Assembly: GCA_021816845.1 (NCBI GenBank)
Contig: JAKAWT010000001.1
Span: 134,087-198,086 of the forward strand
Length of the DNA: 64,000 nt
DNA from: a bacterium
Lineage (GTDB): Bacteria; Patescibacteriota; Dojkabacteria; JAKAPS01; JAJZLI01
Direction: 5' to 3'
The notes under the pieces were generated by a model, which saw only the letters and a list, made by a program, of their open reading frames with translations, searched no databases and was not told the origin of the DNA. Shown here piece by piece: positions 59,586 to 64,000 of this stretch; within the stretch, counting starts at the first letter, position 1; each line of letters begins with the position of its first letter. A program made the position numbers and the translations under genes.

Positions 59586-61220
59586 ATGAAGACAGATAAT
59601 ATAATTAGCAATAAAGCACTAGCAGATAATATAAAATATCTTGTGACAACTTCATGGCCATATGTAAATGGAGCCCCTCATATAGGGCATATAGCAGGAT
59701 GCTATCTACCTGCGGATATTTTTCACAGATACTTAAAGCTTAAAGGTCGAGATTCAATATTCGTATCTGGAGGTGATATGCATGGAGCACCTGTACAAAT
59801 ACAGGCAGAAAGTGAAAATAGGGATCCTAAAGAATTTGCAAAAACATCCAATAAAATTTGGGATAAAACACTTAAATTATTTAAAATAGATTATGATTTA
59901 TGGACTAGTACAGAAACTAAAAACCACAAAGATACAGTACAAGAGATATTTCTAGATTTATATAAAAAAGGATATATAAAAAAAGGTATGGAGACACAAC
60001 CTTTTTGTTTAAATGATAATAGATTTATACCAGATAGATATGTACTTGGCACATGTCCTAACTGTGGAAAGGAAAATGTAAGAGCTGGAGAAAGCTGTGA
60101 AAACTGTAATTTTTTTATAACATTTGAAAGTATAAAGAATCCAAGATGTAAGATATGTGGAGATACTCCAGAGCTTAGAGAAACTGAAAATTTTTTCCTT
60201 AGGCTTAGTGAATTTGAAGATAGAGTTAAAAAATACATAAAAGGAAATCATACGTTTAGAAAAAACACTGTTGATTTTTCTTTAGCATATATGAAAGATG
60301 GGTTATTTGATAAATCTATAACGAGAGATCTAAATTATGGCATACCTGTACCCTTGAAAGGATATGAAAATAAAGTCATATATGTATGGTTTGAGGCTGT
60401 GATAGGTTATTTATCTGCTACAAAAGAATATAAAAAAGACAACTTTAAAGATTATTTTTCCAAAAACTCAAGATCAATATATTTCATGGCTAAAGATAAT
60501 ATAATATTCCACACAATTATATGGCCTACAATCCTTATGGGATATGATAAAGAATTATCACTACCAACAAATATAGTAGCTAATGAATATGTTCTTTTAG
60601 AAGGAGAGAAAATGTCAAAAAGTAATAACCATATCTTACCTGCAGAATATTTAGTTTCTAAATACGGATCAGACCAGAGCAGATTTTATCTCACAGCAAA
60701 TATGCCAGAGAGTAAAGATTTTAATTTTACATGGAACGAGTTTATAACATCAGTCAATTCCGATCTTTCTTCAAATATAGGTAATTACATAAATAGAACG
60801 CTTACTTTTCTGTATAAAAATTTTGAAGGGGAGGTCCCCAAATCACATAAAATAGATGATGAACAATATATAGAAGATATGATCAATAAGATTTCTTTAA
60901 ATATAGAATCATTTAGGTTCCAGAATGCCATACGTAATATTTTAGAATTTTCTGATCATGCTAATAAATTATTTGATAACCTTAGTATATGGAAAAGTAA
61001 TTCCAAAGAAGATATATATAGACTCATGCAATATGTATATGCACTTAATGTTATGCTTGAACCTATTGTACCTGATGGTGCAGGAAAACTGTCAAAAATA
61101 TTAAATATCAAAATCTCTGAATTTAAATATAAAAGATTATCTGGGAAAATAAATAAACCATATATAATTTTCCCTAAAATAGAAACTTCCAATATATCAC
61201 TAGAAGAAGAGAAATTATAG
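59586..61220 (+). CDS. metG: methionine--tRNA ligase (no C-terminal tRNA-binding appendix)
   Basis: PYVNG.PHIGH, Zn knuckles CPNC/CENC/CKIC, YVWFEA, KMSKS. Confidence 0.96.
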   Translation: MKTDNIISNKALADNIKYLVTTSWPYVNGAPHIGHIAGCYLPADIFHRYLKLKGRDSIFVSGGDMHGAPVQIQAESENRDPKEFAKTSNKIWDKTLKLFKIDYDLWTSTETKNHKDTVQEIFLDLYKKGYIKKGMETQPFCLNDNRFIPDRYVLGTCPNCGKENVRAGESCENCNFFITFESIKNPRCKICGDTPELRETENFFLRLSEFEDRVKKYIKGNHTFRKNTVDFSLAYMKDGLFDKSITRDLNYGIPVPLKGYENKVIYVWFEAVIGYLSATKEYKKDNFKDYFSKNSRSIYFMAKDNIIFHTIIWPTILMGYDKELSLPTNIVANEYVLLEGEKMSKSNNHILPAEYLVSKYGSDQSRFYLTANMPESKDFNFTWNEFITSVNSDLSSNIGNYINRTLTFLYKNFEGEVPKSHKIDDEQYIEDMINKISLNIESFRFQNAIRNILEFSDHANKLFDNLSIWKSNSKEDIYRLMQYVYALNVMLEPIVPDGAGKLSKILNIKISEFKYKRLSGKINKPYIIFPKIETSNISLEEEKL

Positions 61221-61235
61221 TAATTATTTAGGCTA

Positions 61236-61979
61236 ATGATTGATACACATGCACATATAACAAAAGAATTTTTTAAAAATCCACAAGATATAATAAGAAA
61301 ATCAAAAGATGGAGGTATATCAAAAATTATAGTTCCAGCAACTACTATAATGGATAGTAAAACTAATCCTTCTGAAATTATTGATGGTGTTTACTATGCT
61401 GTTGGAGTACATCCAACTGAAACAAATAATACTATAAATAAAGATTTAATAAAATCAACAATAAAAAAAGAAACAATAGCAATTGGAGAATGTGGACTAG
61501 ATTACTATAGACCTCCATATGATATAAACCTACAAAAAAAAATATTCAAGATGCAGATAGAAATAGCCAAAGATTATAACCTTCCGTTGATAGTTCATAC
61601 AAGAGAGGCATTAAAAGATACCTACAAAATATTATCTGGATATTATAAAGGTGGAAGAAATAATGGTGTTATACATTCTGCCTCGGGAGATATCTCAATA
61701 TTAAAAGAAATAATAAAATTGGGATTTTATGTTTCATTCAATGGCATTTCTACATTTAAAAACTCAGCATTAATAAAAGATTTAATATATAATATAGACA
61801 TAAAAAATATATTAGTAGAGACTGACTCTCCATTCCTTACTCCGGAACCTAAAAGAGGAGAATATCCTAATACAAGTTTAAATTTGATATATATAATTGA
61901 CAACATTAACAATTTAAAAAGAATCAACAATACTAAAGAAATAACAACTAAAAATGCACAAGAACTATTTAGAATATAG
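61236..61979 (+). CDS. tatD: TatD-family nuclease
   Basis: IDTHAH, GVHP, GECGLDY, VH.REA, ETDSPFL.P; follows metG. Confidence 0.92.
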   Translation: MIDTHAHITKEFFKNPQDIIRKSKDGGISKIIVPATTIMDSKTNPSEIIDGVYYAVGVHPTETNNTINKDLIKSTIKKETIAIGECGLDYYRPPYDINLQKKIFKMQIEIAKDYNLPLIVHTREALKDTYKILSGYYKGGRNNGVIHSASGDISILKEIIKLGFYVSFNGISTFKNSALIKDLIYNIDIKNILVETDSPFLTPEPKRGEYPNTSLNLIYIIDNINNLKRINNTKEITTKNAQELFRI

Positions 61980-61984
61980 AATCT

Positions 61985-62914
61985 ATGAAAAATGTATCTG
62001 AACTGCTAAAAAATACAAGAAAACAATTAGGATTTTCACAAGATAAGGTATCTTTGGAAACAAAAATTAAAAAACCTTTGATACAAGCACTAGAGGAAGG
62101 CGATTTCAGCAAGTTTCCTTCAATATCAACAACTAAGGGGTTTATAAAAATATATGCAAAGTATTTAGGTCTAGATCCTAATAAAGTAGGACTCCTTTAC
62201 AAAAGAGAATCAAAGGAAGTGGAGTCCCACATGATGGTAAAAAAACAAAAAAAAGTAAAAGTGCCATTTATGTTCAATGGAAGAATTGCTTTTACGATAT
62301 TTTTTATTTCATTAATAGTCATTATAGTAGGAATATATGCTATTCATGAATACATCGTTTTTAAAACACCTCCTACACTGGATATAACAGTCCCAAAACA
62401 ATCTTCTATTACAACATACAATCCTAGTATCCAGATAATAGGGAAAACTAATGCCGGAAATAATGTACTAGTTGGAGGATACAAAGTAACTAATATCAAT
62501 CCTAATGGATCATTTGATATAACAGTTGGTTTACAGAATGGTTTAAATAAAATCAATGTGTCTGCTGTAAATACATTAGGAATAAAGAATACTGATGTAT
62601 TTAATGTAAGGTATATAAATTTAAAACTTCAGAAAATAGAGAATGCCTCTACTTTCAGTGTAACTATCTTGGATAAAAATTCTTCTACATTCATAAACGC
62701 AACCACTGGAAAAACAATCCTTTTTAATCATATATTAAAAATTGGGGATAAAGTCACTTTAAAAAGTGATTCCATTATCACACTAAATATTGGAAATATA
62801 CAGAATATAAGTATTTTATATAATAATAAACCAGTACCTTTGAGTGGATATGGATTTGTTATACTAATTCTTAAGTACCAGAATAGTAAGTTAACTATTT
62901 CAAAAGTAAGCTAA
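61985..62914 (+). CDS. RodZ-like protein (HTH, TM, extracellular Ig-like domain)
   Basis: LK..R...S...V...TKI....I.ALE.G, KGFIK.YAKYLGL; TM; P.L.I..P..GKT..G.N.I. Confidence 0.8.
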   Translation: MKNVSELLKNTRKQLGFSQDKVSLETKIKKPLIQALEEGDFSKFPSISTTKGFIKIYAKYLGLDPNKVGLLYKRESKEVESHMMVKKQKKVKVPFMFNGRIAFTIFFISLIVIIVGIYAIHEYIVFKTPPTLDITVPKQSSITTYNPSIQIIGKTNAGNNVLVGGYKVTNINPNGSFDITVGLQNGLNKINVSAVNTLGIKNTDVFNVRYINLKLQKIENASTFSVTILDKNSSTFINATTGKTILFNHILKIGDKVTLKSDSIITLNIGNIQNISILYNNKPVPLSGYGFVILILKYQNSKLTISKVS

Positions 62915-62933
62915 AAATGTTAGTATATTAGTT

Positions 62934-63236
62934 ATGTTAATAATTCTTGAAATATTATCAATTATTGTTCTTTTGTTCCTACTGGTCTTTATTATTGAGC
63001 TTATTATTGTGTTTTTCAATATATCAAAAAACATACGTACAGGTAAAAGGATAATAGAAAATATTGGTGATATTACAAGTAATATAAAAAGGGAGCAAGA
63101 TTTTATAGAAGATACCTTTTTTGACAAAGGTATATATTTAAAGGCAGTTAGAAATGCGTTATTAAAAACATCAGATATCGTTAAAATATATAAATTGTTC
63201 AAAAATAAAAAAGGTTCTAAATCTGAAGAAAATTAG
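62934..63236 (+). CDS. single-TM hypothetical protein
   Basis: N-terminal TM then helical region; candidate -10 TAGTAT 7 nt upstream. Confidence 0.55.
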   Translation: MLIILEILSIIVLLFLLVFIIELIIVFFNISKNIRTGKRIIENIGDITSNIKREQDFIEDTFFDKGIYLKAVRNALLKTSDIVKIYKLFKNKKGSKSEEN

Positions 63237-63502
63237 GACTTTTAAATATGAATATCTATCAAATAGGATTCATAAATGAATAGTTTTTATATTTTTAGAT
63301 CAATAAATACTGATACAATAGGATAAATATTACTTTCAACCAAATTCATAAAACATTTTTAAAAAAAGGTATATATATCAAAATATCTTAATGCAGTATG
63401 TTATTAATTATTATACTAAGTATTTTTTTTAATCCTATATACCTTCTTAGATAAAGGTCCTTTTTTTGGAATATTAAATGTGTTATCGTGTAATATATAA
63501 GT

Positions 63503-64000
63503 ATGCCTATATTTGGAAGAAAATCAAAACTTGATGATAAAACTTTTTTTTCTCTTGATATTGGGACAGAATTTGTCAAAGTTCTTGTCTGTGATATAGA
63601 AGAAGATAATGTTGTCATTTTAGGGTTTGGTAAGGAAAGACAACCTTTAAATGCTATGAAGGGAGGAGTTGTTACTAATATTAAAAGTGTAGTAACTACA
63701 TGTCAGAAAGCAATAGATTTAGCCATGGAAGGTCTTGACATAGATATACCTAAAAAAACTGTCATAGGAATTGCAGGAGAACTTGTAAAAGGTGTGGGTG
63801 TTAAAATAAATTATGAAAGAGAAGACCCAGAACAAAAAATAGATGAAGCAGAAATAAGACGTATATTAGATAAAATACATGCAACTGCACACGATGAAGC
63901 TATAAAAAAATTTACAGATGCTACTGGCTCAGATAAAACACAAATAAAATTAATAAATGCTACAGTTACTGACACTTTTATTGATGATTATAAGATATCA
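63503..64000 (+). CDS. ftsA: cell division protein FtsA-like, 5' part (runs off the right edge; not in ORF track)
   Basis: MPIFGRKSKLDDKTFFSLDIGTEFVKV...AMKGGVVTNI..V...C..AI..A...VIGIAGELVKG, open to the window end. Confidence 0.85.
   Translation, partial: MPIFGRKSKLDDKTFFSLDIGTEFVKVLVCDIEEDNVVILGFGKERQPLNAMKGGVVTNIKSVVTTCQKAIDLAMEGLDIDIPKKTVIGIAGELVKGVGVKINYEREDPEQKIDEAEIRRILDKIHATAHDEAIKKFTDATGSDKTQIKLINATVTDTFIDDYKIS

Overview
A gene-dense, strongly AT-rich bacterial window using the standard genetic code (TGA is a stop). Gene content and architecture (archaeal-type RNase HI, AlaRS without C-Ala, split transketolase, single-domain response regulator, Ser/Thr-rich surface proteins, 7TM plus ATP-grasp locus, almost no Shine-Dalgarno sites) suggest a reduced Patescibacteria/CPR genome, possibly Microgenomates-like and from a metal-rich or acidic habitat; this is inference. 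It holds housekeeping genes (rnhA, holA, mltG, ruvX, alaS, purA, tsaC, typA, rpoD, metG, tatD, partial ftsA), tRNA-Cys and tRNA-Asn, a surface-protein cluster, sugar genes and a stress/metal block next to tRNA-Asn. The most striking observations are: (1) three tandem RpoD-like sigma factors, two with substitutions at promoter-contacting residues; (2) right after them, a candidate peptide-tagging system (7TM protein, ATP-grasp ligase fused to a RimB-like protease, two RimK paralogs), with a possible acidic carrier peptide ending WYGE nearby; (3) a translationally coupled histidine-kinase pair in which one partner has Thr in place of the phospho-acceptor His; (4) an ArsR-TlpA-CcdA-MerA mercury module with visible operators and an unannotated Cys-Cys microprotein; (5) an RRM-DEAD-box helicase fusion, a Cys-less ATE/Bpt-like transferase and a eukaryote-type hexokinase. 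I found no CRISPR array, rRNA, integrase or transposase.
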